64,000 nt of DNA, taken from positions 2,242 to 66,241 of IMG/VR virus record IMGVR_UViG_3300025723_000034; one strand, 5' to 3'. This document shows positions 9,345 to 19,160 of this stretch, in pieces; position 1 is the first letter of the stretch; each line of letters begins with the position of its first letter. The notes under the pieces are model-generated. The model saw only the letters and a program-made list of their open reading frames with translations, was not told the DNA's origin and made no database searches. The stretch comes from a virus. The translations under genes were made by a program, and so were the position numbers.

Positions 9345-10846
9345 TGCAATGGTTTTATGACGGACAGATAAGAAGATATATCACACAAACAATTCGTGTG
9401 TTTAGTAACTTTGTGGTCAAATATGGTGACGGAACACTACATCGTATACCAGTTGTGTACGGAGATGCTGACAGACAAGCCGCTAGTATTATTAGACAAA
9501 ATAGCGAAAATGCGGTTAATAGTGTGCCGCGCATTAGTGTATATGTAACAGAATTAAAATTAGATAGAGATCGACTAGCTGATCAAACTTTCGTAGATAA
9601 AGTTCATATTAGAGAAAGAGACATTAATTCTGACGGCACACAATATCTTAATACACAGGGTAAAAATTATACAGTTGAACGTATAATGCCTACACCATTT
9701 CAATTAAAAATGAAAGTAGATATTTGGTCAAGCAGTACAGATCAAAAATTACAAATACTTGAACAAATTTTAGTATTGTTTAATCCTAGTTTAGAATTAC
9801 AAACTACAGACAACTATATTGACTGGACTAGTTTAACAGTATTAAATTTAGAAGATATCAACTGGGATAGTCGTACAGTTCCTGTTGGAAATGATACACC
9901 TATTGATATTGCTACACTAACTGTAAGTACTCCTGCTTGGATTAGTCCGCCAGTTAAGGTTAAACATCTTGGTGTTGTTACTAAAATTATTGCCAATATG
10001 TATGGCGGTAGTGTTACTAGCGGAACATATATTGCTGGATTAGGTCGAGATCCTTTAGATCCAACTACAACATTAACTGATATATTAAGCACTACCACAA
10101 CAACTGTTACCGGTTATAAGATACAAGTTTATAATAACCCACAAGGAGTAGGCCAAGCATTATTGTTAGGACCACACGAAAGTGTTATTCCACCAGAACC
10201 TAGTTTAGAAGCTGGTATTAGACAGGGTCCTGGTATTAATTGGTTAGAAGTGTTTAGTCAGTATCCTGGAAAATATGTAGCAGGTTCTAGTCAATTATTC
10301 TTACAACAACCAAATGGTAGTTATGTAGTAGGTACTATTGCTCTTAATCCATTAGACTATACTGTGCTAACTGTTAATTGGAACGATGATACCTTAACAA
10401 CAAATACTGGTATTGACAGTAATGGTTATTTAGATTCTGATACAGAGCATTATAATGCCAGTACTAGTTATAGACCTAGTAGCCCTGGTACATTTGACGC
10501 AATTATAAATCCGCAAACATTTAATCCTCATCGTCCCCATAACGAAGTTAATCCTCCTAACGTAACTGTAGCGGTAGGTACACGTTATTTGTTAGTAGAA
10601 GATATTGGAGCAACAATTAATGAAGAACCTGCGCACGAATGGGGCGCATTAGTTGCTGTGGCAAATGATATAATAGAGTGGACTGGTTCAGAGTGGCACG
10701 TGGTGTTTGATTCAACTCACGATCACAATGCCTTAGTGTGGCAAACGAATATATACACTGGAATACAATACTTATGGAACAGTGTTTCATGGGTTAAGAG
10801 TTTCGAAGGTGAATATACTGCCGCACAATGGAAAATAGTACTGTAA
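9344..10846 (+). CDS. gp15: Tail terminator / sheath stabiliser (T4 gp15-like) with C-terminal extension
   Basis: Motifs FYDGQIRRY...FSNF, IPVVYG, PRISV, MPTPF and QILEQILVLFNP. Confidence 0.8.
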   Translation: MQWFYDGQIRRYITQTIRVFSNFVVKYGDGTLHRIPVVYGDADRQAASIIRQNSENAVNSVPRISVYVTELKLDRDRLADQTFVDKVHIRERDINSDGTQYLNTQGKNYTVERIMPTPFQLKMKVDIWSSSTDQKLQILEQILVLFNPSLELQTTDNYIDWTSLTVLNLEDINWDSRTVPVGNDTPIDIATLTVSTPAWISPPVKVKHLGVVTKIIANMYGGSVTSGTYIAGLGRDPLDPTTTLTDILSTTTTTVTGYKIQVYNNPQGVGQALLLGPHESVIPPEPSLEAGIRQGPGINWLEVFSQYPGKYVAGSSQLFLQQPNGSYVVGTIALNPLDYTVLTVNWNDDTLTTNTGIDSNGYLDSDTEHYNASTSYRPSSPGTFDAIINPQTFNPHRPHNEVNPPNVTVAVGTRYLLVEDIGATINEEPAHEWGALVAVANDIIEWTGSEWHVVFDSTHDHNALVWQTNIYTGIQYLWNSVSWVKSFEGEYTAAQWKIVL

Positions 10847-11277
10847 AAGATCAGATAGTTTGTAGTGGAGCATTATTTTATGCTAAATCTACACGACGTT
10901 TTTTACTGCTACAAAAAGCACACGGCAAACACGAAGGCACTTGGGGATTAGTAGGTGGTACTAACATTCAGGGCGAGACTCCTTGGCAAGGTTTAGTGCG
11001 TGAAATCAATGAAGAAATTGGACCAAGTCCGGAAATAATTAAAACAATTCCTCTTGAAACTTTTGTCAGCAATGATAAAGTGTTTAATTTTCACACTTAT
11101 TTGTGTGTAATAGAAGAAGAATTTATTCCATGCCTGAGCGACGAGCATTATGGGTGGGCATGGGCAACTATAGACCGTGCTCCTAAACCCTTACATCAGG
11201 GCCTTAGAAATAGTTTTAGCTCAAAAACTATTCGTACAAAACTTCAAACTGTATTCGATTTAGTAGATTTAATCTAG
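10828..11277 (+). CDS. NUDIX hydrolase
   Basis: Nudix box GGTNIQGETPWQGLVREINEEIG; also EH..WAW. Confidence 0.88.
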   Translation: MENSTVKDQIVCSGALFYAKSTRRFLLLQKAHGKHEGTWGLVGGTNIQGETPWQGLVREINEEIGPSPEIIKTIPLETFVSNDKVFNFHTYLCVIEEEFIPCLSDEHYGWAWATIDRAPKPLHQGLRNSFSSKTIRTKLQTVFDLVDLI

Positions 11278-11351
11278 TGCCAAATTTGTCAAAAATTGAT
11301 ACACCTGTTAGATAAATTATAAAGTACAAATTTATTGTTTTAGGAGAGCAA

Positions 11352-11654
11352 ATGGAAAACTTTAAACCAATAAGAGATCGCGTTCTTATTGAAAAAATTA
11401 AGGACGATTTAAAAACTAAGAGCGGACTTATTGTTTCGCAAGATGCGCAAGAACGTCCAACAAAGGGCACTATTCTTGCTGTAGGTCCAGGTAAATTAAC
11501 TGACGAAGGTACAGTTTTACCTATGCCAGTAGCAGAGGGAGACGTTATATTTTATCCAAAATATGCCGGATTTCCTATTAAATTAAACAACGAAGAATAT
11601 CTAATCCTTGAAGAAAAAGATATACTAGGCATATTCACAGGAGATGAAAAATAA
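11352..11654 (+). CDS. groES: Co-chaperonin GroES
   Basis: Motifs KPIRDRVLI, KTKSGLIV (mobile loop), AVGPG, VAEGD...KYAG and EYLILEEKDILG. AGGAG RBS. Confidence 0.95.
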   Translation: MENFKPIRDRVLIEKIKDDLKTKSGLIVSQDAQERPTKGTILAVGPGKLTDEGTVLPMPVAEGDVIFYPKYAGFPIKLNNEEYLILEEKDILGIFTGDEK

Positions 11655-13348
11655 TGGCTAAAATCAGTCACAGAGTTGTTACAATGGGGCAAAAGAGCCG
11701 AGATGCTCTTGTAAAAGGTGTAAACATATTAGGCGATGCCGTTAAAGTAACATTAGGACCAAAAGGTCGAAATGTTGTTATTGCTCGTCAATTCGGTGCT
11801 CCACACGTAACTAAAGATGGTGTTACAGTTGCTAAAGAAATCTTCTTAAGAGACAAACTAGCCGACACCGGAGTAAGAATGATCAAACAAGCGGCAAGTC
11901 AAACTAGTAGTGATATCGGTGACGGTACAACTACTGCTACAGTTTTAGCTCAGGCTATGATTCGTGAAGGTATGAAATTCGTTACTGCTGGAATCAGTCC
12001 AATTAATTTAAAAAGAGGAATCGATAAAGCAGTAGTTGCGGCAGTTGCTGAATTAGAAAAAATTAGCAAAGAATGCGAAGATGAAAAAACTATTCGTCAA
12101 GTAGCTACTATTAGTGCTAATAATGATGAAGACATGGGGGCATTAATTGCTAAAGCCATGGTAGCTGTAGGTAAAAAAGGAATTGTTACTGTAGAAAATG
12201 GCACAGGGCTTGAAGATAGTTTTGCTCAAATTAGCGGTTTATCTTATGAACAAGGTTTCCTTAGTCCGTATTTTATTAATACTGACAAACAACGCTGTGT
12301 ATTAGAAAATCCTTATATTTTAATTTGTGATAGACCGATTCTTAATATACAAGATATTGTTCCTATTTTAGACAAACTCGCCGCAACAAAACGTCCGTTC
12401 GTTATCATGGCAGAATCATTAGAAACCGATGTATTAGCTACGCTAGTTATTAACGTTATCAATGGTGGTATCAAAGCGTGTGCTATTCGTGGTCCTAACT
12501 GGAAGGGTCCTAAGCGTAGTATTTTAATTGAAGATATTGCTATACTTACAGGTGGTAAAGTAATTTCCGATGGGTTAGGTACTCGTGTAGAAAATGCTGA
12601 ATTGTCTGATTGCGGTCAATGTAACAGAATTGAAATCAGTGCTGATAGAACAACTATCATTGGTGGGCATGGATCGGACGAAGCTGTTCAGGACAGAATT
12701 AAAGCAATTCAAGTTCAAATTGAAGAAGAAGAAGGCGATCATTTAGCGATTCCTCCTGTACTAAGTATCGATGAGCACTACGAACGTATCGCAAACTTAT
12801 CAGGCGGAGTAGGAGTTATCCGTGTAGGATCTGCTACTAAGATGGAATTAGATGAAAAGAAAGATCGAGTAGATGATTCTTTGTGCGCTACTAGAGCCGC
12901 TATTGAAGATGGCGTAGTGCCCGGTGGTGGTGTTTCTTTTATTCGTGTTCGACAAAAACTTAAAGACCTTGTTACAAATAATGTAGAACAAGATGCTGGT
13001 GTAAAAATTGTTCTAACAGCGTTAGAAGAACCATTACGTCAAATTGCCGCTAATGCCGGCGATAGTCCAGATGTTATTGTTAATAAGGTTTCAGAAGGCG
13101 ATGACGAGTTTGGATATGATGCTAGTGACAGTTCTTTTGGTCAGATGTTTGACATTGGAATTATCGATCCTACTAAAGTAGTTAAAACAGCATTGATTAA
13201 TGCAGCCAGTGTTGCTGGATTGTTGCTAACTACAGACTGTGCGATTTATGAAGATGAAGATGAATCCGATTTAAGTATTGTTGGGCCTCAACCTAATATT
13301 AATCAAGGATTTGGTCCTCAATATCAGGACGCTTTGGGTAGTAAATAA
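11654..13348 (+). CDS. groEL: Chaperonin GroEL
   Basis: Motifs VKVTLGPKGRNV, TKDGVTVAKEI, GDGTTTATVLA, KDRVDD, GVVPGGG and GIIDPTKV. Coupled to groES by a TAATG overlap. Confidence 0.97.
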   Translation: MAKISHRVVTMGQKSRDALVKGVNILGDAVKVTLGPKGRNVVIARQFGAPHVTKDGVTVAKEIFLRDKLADTGVRMIKQAASQTSSDIGDGTTTATVLAQAMIREGMKFVTAGISPINLKRGIDKAVVAAVAELEKISKECEDEKTIRQVATISANNDEDMGALIAKAMVAVGKKGIVTVENGTGLEDSFAQISGLSYEQGFLSPYFINTDKQRCVLENPYILICDRPILNIQDIVPILDKLAATKRPFVIMAESLETDVLATLVINVINGGIKACAIRGPNWKGPKRSILIEDIAILTGGKVISDGLGTRVENAELSDCGQCNRIEISADRTTIIGGHGSDEAVQDRIKAIQVQIEEEEGDHLAIPPVLSIDEHYERIANLSGGVGVIRVGSATKMELDEKKDRVDDSLCATRAAIEDGVVPGGGVSFIRVRQKLKDLVTNNVEQDAGVKIVLTALEEPLRQIAANAGDSPDVIVNKVSEGDDEFGYDASDSSFGQMFDIGIIDPTKVVKTALINAASVAGLLLTTDCAIYEDEDESDLSIVGPQPNINQGFGPQYQDALGSK

Positions 13349-13360
13349 TATTACTCCAAC

Positions 13361-13389
13361 AAAAAAGGCAGATTAAATCTGCCTTTTTT
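13361..13389. terminator. Bidirectional intrinsic terminator between groEL and the convergent gene
   Basis: Perfect inverted repeat AAAAAAGGCAGAT-TAA-ATCTGCCTTTTTT, giving U-tracts on both strands. Confidence 0.88.
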
Positions 13390-13411
13390 AATGACTATAA
13401 ATTCTAAAAAA

Positions 13412-13873
13412 TTAAGCTGGTTTCACTGGCCAATTAATTTCCCAAGGGAATGTTGCTTGATTAGTTACATCGCGCAATTCTTGTCTGTATGTGGCATAAG
13501 CAGTTTTCTGAGCGTCAGATAAACGACCTTGTCCAGCAGTAGTATCAGTCCAGTCAGATGCTATTAGCAACTGATCGCGATTTTCACGAATTTGTGCTTC
13601 TAAGTCTTCTTGTGATGTTGGTTGAGTGCGGAAACCTTCGGAGTAATCACCGATTGGGCAACCTAAACCATGTCTTGGTTCGCCGTATGTACCTGCGTTA
13701 ACTGCGGCCAATACTGCTTGTGAAAATGCATCACCTGTTTTAACAGCACGAAAATCTACTGGATTAGTACAACCTTTAAATACGATTTTTAACCAGTATT
13801 CGTCTACGCCTATCATATAAGCTACTAATGGAACGCTTTCTATATCATCTAATGTAAATGCTTTAATAGTCAT
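13412..13873 (-). CDS. Tail fibre assembly chaperone-like protein
   Basis: C-terminal IRENRDQLLIASDWT...YRQELRDV...FPWEINWPVKP, typical of phage tail-fibre assembly chaperones. Confidence 0.8.
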   Translation of the reverse strand: MTIKAFTLDDIESVPLVAYMIGVDEYWLKIVFKGCTNPVDFRAVKTGDAFSQAVLAAVNAGTYGEPRHGLGCPIGDYSEGFRTQPTSQEDLEAQIRENRDQLLIASDWTDTTAGQGRLSDAQKTAYATYRQELRDVTNQATFPWEINWPVKPA

Positions 13874-13896
13874 TTGAACTCCTCAATTGGGTATTA

Positions 13897-14565
13897 TTAG
13901 TTATTTATGCCGCGACGTGTTTCGGCTTTTCTACCTAAACCGGGTCTTTTATCATATTTAAATGCTGGATAATAAGGACCGTTTTTGTCAATATAGTGAA
14001 AAAATGCCTGTACTTGATAGCTACCATAGCTAGCATCAAACTTTTCTCTCCAGTGTTCCACTTCGCACCCTCTGTATATTATTAAATCACCGGGTTCTTG
14101 TAAAATCATTTCACCTGGATTTCCGGCACTAACGAATCCTCTAGGAGGATTTAGCCCTACAGAATCTTTATCTACGTACATACCCCAGTTGTAATCTGGA
14201 TTATTATTAAGGTATTTGTAACCCAAACACACAGTGGTACTGATTTCACAGCTTTCTCTATCTTTATGACGTGCCAAATCCATACCTGGACGATATACCC
14301 TGTAGTATGTATATGTAGGTGCTAGTTCTAATCCTGTATATTTTTCCATGTATGGTAACAAAAATGACATTAATGTTTCCATAAAAGTATCACTATACAC
14401 AGAGTGTGCTCCTGGGACTTGTGCGTTAGGGTCTTCTGGTGTAAATTCTGTTTCTTCTTTCAAAAGAGCGTACTTTGTAGCCACTCGACACAAATCATTT
14501 GGTATAACTTTTTTAAGCGCCAAATAACTGTCTTTTTTAAATTGTTCAGGGTATGTTATTTCCAT
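13897..14565 (-). CDS. Fe(II)/2OG oxygenase-fold protein
   Basis: HxD motif in L.RHKDRESCE, distal His in GCEVEHWRE, QAFFHY. Start moved to MEITYPEQF at 14565, which overlaps the upstream stop. Confidence 0.75.
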   Translation of the reverse strand: MEITYPEQFKKDSYLALKKVIPNDLCRVATKYALLKEETEFTPEDPNAQVPGAHSVYSDTFMETLMSFLLPYMEKYTGLELAPTYTYYRVYRPGMDLARHKDRESCEISTTVCLGYKYLNNNPDYNWGMYVDKDSVGLNPPRGFVSAGNPGEMILQEPGDLIIYRGCEVEHWREKFDASYGSYQVQAFFHYIDKNGPYYPAFKYDKRPGLGRKAETRRGINN

Positions 14566-15341
14566 GGTGTTCCTATATTCCAAGCAACTAGACTGTAACG
14601 TGTGCCGCGTGTTACAGGTGTAACCTGATGTTGTATGTGCGATGGAAATACAATTACAGATCCTTGTGGACGTATTTCTTCGCAAGTATGATATCTGTCT
14701 TCTCTATGCGGGCCTAAATCAAATTTTAAATTGCCGCCATCATATTCACTAGGATCATTTAGACTTACTGTAACACTAAGTTTTCGTATTTTACCTATAC
14801 GGTCTTTAATAGAAGTGTATCTCATATCAGCTGGCAATACATTTCCAAGAAAATCTTTTACAGGGTTGCCGTTTTCATCTTTTTGAAGTTCGTGTATATT
14901 AGGGTCAAATTCTTCATAAGGATACGCATTAGCGTCTGCATGCCATCCGTAAAATTGCCCGGGACCGTACTTGGTAAATTGTAAATCTTCTGTATAATCC
15001 CAGTCAAAATTCCAATTAGCCTGTTTGTTTGCGCCACGTACATATGGCCATAGTAATTCATATAGTTTTGAATCATTTAAAAATACAACATTAGAATCTC
15101 TAACATAAGTTTTTGAAAGATCCTTACCTTCTTGTTGTAATGATTCTATAGTATTATCTGCTACAGGTATCTCAAGGCCAGGTTTTTTCTGTACCCAGCC
15201 TCCAACACTTGCGTTAACTGAATCTTCACCAAATTTTTCTTTCTGTTCTAACATCTTATTTAGACCCATTTCGATAATTTGGTTACAAACATCTGCTGGA
15301 ATAACAGATTTAAACCACCAATAACTATATTCTAAAATCAC
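14556..15341 (-). CDS. Fe(II)/2OG oxygenase (prolyl-4-hydroxylase/PKHD-like)
   Basis: Motifs QFTKY..GQFYGWHAD, RKLSVTVSL, YDGG and FPSHIQHQVTPVTRGTRYSLVAW. GTG start overlaps the upstream TGA. Confidence 0.9.
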   Translation of the reverse strand: MILEYSYWWFKSVIPADVCNQIIEMGLNKMLEQKEKFGEDSVNASVGGWVQKKPGLEIPVADNTIESLQQEGKDLSKTYVRDSNVVFLNDSKLYELLWPYVRGANKQANWNFDWDYTEDLQFTKYGPGQFYGWHADANAYPYEEFDPNIHELQKDENGNPVKDFLGNVLPADMRYTSIKDRIGKIRKLSVTVSLNDPSEYDGGNLKFDLGPHREDRYHTCEEIRPQGSVIVFPSHIQHQVTPVTRGTRYSLVAWNIGTPWK

Positions 15342-15946
15342 TTAAAAATGGCCCCATGAACATGACCAACAATAATGCTATTCTTACCACTAGTTACAGG
15401 AGTAATTCGCCAAGGCATATATGAAGGAAATACTAAACATGTTCCTTGTTCGGCAATATTAACTTCGCCGGTATCTGTATTGAGAAATTCAACTTTTCCA
15501 CCTTCGTATGTAGTGTCGTCTGTTAAATTAATAATAAATGTAATTTTACGTGAAGGAGCCATTGGAGTTATTTCAATATGCCAATTATAATAGTCGCCTT
15601 CTTTATACTGAAAAATTTGTGGGAAATCCTGATCAATAATTCCTAGCAAATTAAAATCATAAATTTCTGTATTAGCAGATTTAGTAACATCGCGAATATT
15701 TACAAAAGGAAATCCGCTAACATCCCCTCTTAATTTTTGTCGTTTAGCTGAATGAAAATTCTTATCTCCAATAACTTTAGTTGGCAACCAAAGTTCTTCA
15801 ATACACCCTGCTAAGATTTTTTCACATTCTTCTTTAGTGAAAATATTAGATTTATTAACTGATACAATGTCTAAAGTTGCCATTGGCGTACCTGTTTCTT
15901 CGGCCAAATCTGTAAAACCGCTGTTTGATTCGAATTCGTCTGTCAT
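15338..15946 (-). CDS. Fe(II)/2OG oxygenase-fold protein, degenerate metal site
   Basis: Motifs YNWHIE, RKITFIINL, YEGG and FPSYMPWRITPVTSG. The distal His and 2OG-binding Arg of the neighbouring paralogue are absent. Confidence 0.75.
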   Translation of the reverse strand: MTDEFESNSGFTDLAEETGTPMATLDIVSVNKSNIFTKEECEKILAGCIEELWLPTKVIGDKNFHSAKRQKLRGDVSGFPFVNIRDVTKSANTEIYDFNLLGIIDQDFPQIFQYKEGDYYNWHIEITPMAPSRKITFIINLTDDTTYEGGKVEFLNTDTGEVNIAEQGTCLVFPSYMPWRITPVTSGKNSIIVGHVHGAIFK

Positions 15947-16065
15947 AATTACTCCGGGGAAAATGTATAGTTACTTATCATAGAAAATTTTAGATATTTG
16001 TAATTTTGAACTGGTTTATTTTAGGTGCCCACGTGCTATATGTAAATATATTACTTGGAGATTGT

Positions 16066-17604
16066 ATGAATATAGTCGTAGTCGGTGGAGGCACAGCAGG
16101 GTGGTTAGCTGCATTATTTTTGCTTAAGAAGCTAGAAGGGCAACACTCTGTTACGGTTGTTGATTCTAGCAAATTAGGAATAATTGGTGTTGGCGAAGGG
16201 ACTACTGGGTATTTGACATCAGTTGTTACAAATGAATTATGGAATTTTGGATGCGATCAAGACGAGTTTATTAAAGAAACTGGTGCTTCGATAAAATACG
16301 GAATTAAACACAAGGGATGGACTAATAATTTAGATCAACACTATATTGGACCACTCGATGGTAGTTTAACATATAAAATGCTACCAGATTTATTGTTTGC
16401 TCATGGATTAAAAAATCTCCCCAATGATGATTTTCATATAATATCCCCACTGGGTTACAAAATTAAAAACAACTTATCTAGTTTTAATTATAAAACACAA
16501 TCTTTTGTTAATAGCGATTACGGATTCCATGTAGACGGACATCTAGTAGGAAAATATTTTAAAAAACTGTGTATGAGGCAAGAAAACATTAACCATATTG
16601 ATTGCGAAATTACAGGAGTTAATCTCGACGACCGAGGGTATGTTAAAGAATTAATATCTTCGGATAATCAAATCATAAAAGGGGATTTTTTCTTAGACTG
16701 CAGTGGATTTGCTAAACTGCTAATGAAACATTTGCCTAATAAATGGATTAGTTATAAAGAAAATTTACCGGTTAATACAGCAATGCCGTTTCTATTACCC
16801 TACGATGTAGAAGAAACTCCAGAACCGTATACAACTGCGTGGGCGCAAAAAGCTGGATGGATGTGGCGCACACCACTATTACATCGTAAAGGCAATGGTT
16901 ATACTTTCTGCGATGCGTTTACGACTCCTGAAAAAGCTCAAGAAGAAATTGAAACTATTCTAGGACAAGAAATAGACCCAATAAAAATTATTAAATTTGA
17001 ATCTGGTAGATTAGAAAATGTTTGGGTTAACAACGTTGTAGCTATTGGCCTAAGTGCTGCATTTTTAGAACCATTAGAAGCTACTGGAATACACGCTGTA
17101 ATCGTTCAGCTTAAAAATTTAATATTCGAATATATAAAACCAACTGTAGATCTTACAGTAAATACAGGTAGTATAAAACAATATAACAACCGAATAGGAA
17201 CGTTGTACGAAGATCTTAAAGATTTTGTAGTTATGCACTATATGGGAGGAAGAACCGATAGTGAATTTTGGAGACATATTTCTTCTGGGGCTACTCGAAC
17301 AGAATTTGTAGACACGTTATTAACAATGTCAAAAAATAGATTGTGTACATATAACGATTTTCCTGAGTATTTTGGAAGCGCAGGTTGGGGAATATACAGT
17401 TTTGTCATGGCCGGTATAGGTATTATAGACGCTGACATGGCTTATAACGAAATTAAAATACCGGCTATGGATAATCAAACATCCATGGACCGTTATACAG
17501 AAACAGCATTTGGTCAGACTTTGTCAAATTGGTGTCAAGAATCAGCAGATTTAATGCCGTTTGATCAGTTTTGTAAATATTATCAGGATAATTTATGCAT
17601 ATAG
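16066..17604 (+). CDS. Flavin-dependent halogenase, tryptophan halogenase family (copy 1)
   Basis: GGGTAGW FAD motif, IGVGEGT, catalytic-Lys region ASIKYGI, GWMWRTP and FLEPLEATGI. Start set at the ATG at 16066 (GGAG RBS). Confidence 0.92.
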   Translation: MNIVVVGGGTAGWLAALFLLKKLEGQHSVTVVDSSKLGIIGVGEGTTGYLTSVVTNELWNFGCDQDEFIKETGASIKYGIKHKGWTNNLDQHYIGPLDGSLTYKMLPDLLFAHGLKNLPNDDFHIISPLGYKIKNNLSSFNYKTQSFVNSDYGFHVDGHLVGKYFKKLCMRQENINHIDCEITGVNLDDRGYVKELISSDNQIIKGDFFLDCSGFAKLLMKHLPNKWISYKENLPVNTAMPFLLPYDVEETPEPYTTAWAQKAGWMWRTPLLHRKGNGYTFCDAFTTPEKAQEEIETILGQEIDPIKIIKFESGRLENVWVNNVVAIGLSAAFLEPLEATGIHAVIVQLKNLIFEYIKPTVDLTVNTGSIKQYNNRIGTLYEDLKDFVVMHYMGGRTDSEFWRHISSGATRTEFVDTLLTMSKNRLCTYNDFPEYFGSAGWGIYSFVMAGIGIIDADMAYNEIKIPAMDNQTSMDRYTETAFGQTLSNWCQESADLMPFDQFCKYYQDNLCI

Positions 17605-19160
17605 TAATAGTAGGCGGAGGCACAGCCGGTTGGGCAACAGCATTAATGGCAGCCACTAGATGGAAACAACACAAAGTCACAGTTATTGAATCGACAAAAA
17701 TTGGTGTTATCGGTGTAGGCGAAAGTACCACTGGTAGATTAACTGACTTAGTAAATAATTTCTTTTATGATTTCGGGTGTGACCACGATGAATTTATTGC
17801 TGAAACAGGTGCCACACTAAAATATTCTATTAAACATAAAGGCTGGACTAATAATATAGACGAATATTATCAAGGACCAATCGACGGTAGTTGGACTAAC
17901 AGCGCATCTCCAGATGCCTTGTTTGCTTATGGAATTGCTAATTTAAGTCATCACAAAGATATCGGTAAAACTTCTAAAATAGGTCACCGAATTCTTGCTG
18001 GCGGCAGTAATTTTAATAAAGCTACAAATACGTTTAATGATTATAATCACGCAATGCACGTAGATGCGCATCTAGTTGGAAAATACTTTAAAAAGGTATG
18101 CATGCGTAACAACTTAAATGCCAACCATATAGATTCAGAAGTACTAGATGTAGCGTTACACAGTGAAACTGGAAATATAAAGTCGGTATTATTAAAAGAC
18201 GGGCAAACTATCGAAGGCGACTTCTTTATTGATTGTACTGGATTTGCTAAAGTCCTTATGAATAAATTGCCAAACAAATGGATTAGCTATCAAAAACATT
18301 TACCTATTAACACCGGACTGCCATTCCAGTTAAAATATTTAGACAACGAAATGCCAGAACCTTATACAACTGCTTGGGCACAAAAATCTGGATGGATGTG
18401 GCAAATTCCGTTGATGGATAGAAAGGGTTGCGGATATGTGTTCAGCGACGAATTCACAACTCCTGATAAAGCTCAAGAAGAAATTGAAACTATTTTAGGT
18501 AGAGAAATAGATCCTATTAAAGTAATTAAATTCCATACCGGCAGACAAGATAACGCATGGGTTAAAAATTGTATTACTATAGGATTAAGTAGCGCATTCT
18601 TAGAACCATTAGAAGCTACTAGTATTCATACTACTATTGTACAAGCACATAACTTTGTGTTTGAATACTGCGGAAATACCTTAGAAGAAACTATGAACGA
18701 AGGAACTATGAAAATTTACAATCAACGAACTAAAAAAATGTTTGACGATGTAAAAGATTTCCTAGTTATGCACTATATGGGTGGTCGTTCAGATAGTGAA
18801 TTTTGGAAATATATCGGTACTGGCGCAACTAAGACAGATTTTGTTGAATCTTTATTAAGTATGTCTAAAACAAGATTACCAAGTAGCAACGATTTTCCTT
18901 TATATCAAGGTAGCGCAGGATGGGCATTATATAGTTTTGTTATGGCGGGCTTACACATGTTTGATAAACAGCTTGGTAATAACGCATTACAACAATCTAT
19001 TCCTAGACATGGAAGCATGGCAGATATTGCGTTAGAAACTTTTTATGAACTACAGTGGAAATGGGATCAAGAAGTTAATGAATGTTATTCTTATGATGAT
19101 TTTATTAGATATTTTAGACAGTTGAGATATAAAAATGGATTTTCAGATATCAAATATTAA
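17595..19160 (+). CDS. Flavin-dependent halogenase, tryptophan halogenase family (copy 2)
   Basis: Motifs GGGTAGW, IGVGEST, ATLKYSI, GWMWQIP and FLEPLEATSI. Confidence 0.93.
   Translation: MHIVIVGGGTAGWATALMAATRWKQHKVTVIESTKIGVIGVGESTTGRLTDLVNNFFYDFGCDHDEFIAETGATLKYSIKHKGWTNNIDEYYQGPIDGSWTNSASPDALFAYGIANLSHHKDIGKTSKIGHRILAGGSNFNKATNTFNDYNHAMHVDAHLVGKYFKKVCMRNNLNANHIDSEVLDVALHSETGNIKSVLLKDGQTIEGDFFIDCTGFAKVLMNKLPNKWISYQKHLPINTGLPFQLKYLDNEMPEPYTTAWAQKSGWMWQIPLMDRKGCGYVFSDEFTTPDKAQEEIETILGREIDPIKVIKFHTGRQDNAWVKNCITIGLSSAFLEPLEATSIHTTIVQAHNFVFEYCGNTLEETMNEGTMKIYNQRTKKMFDDVKDFLVMHYMGGRSDSEFWKYIGTGATKTDFVESLLSMSKTRLPSSNDFPLYQGSAGWALYSFVMAGLHMFDKQLGNNALQQSIPRHGSMADIALETFYELQWKWDQEVNECYSYDDFIRYFRQLRYKNGFSDIKY

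Noticed and set aside
11296-11323. Sigma70-like promoter for groES (TTGATA-16-TATAAA)
   Set aside because: The spacer is suboptimal, the context is very AT-rich and it overlaps a late-box-like GATAAATT, so it is too ambiguous to call.
11352-13348. groESL as evidence of host chromosome or a prophage boundary
   Set aside because: It is flanked on both sides by phage genes, is divergent from canonical bacterial GroEL, and has no other host genes or att/integrase nearby.
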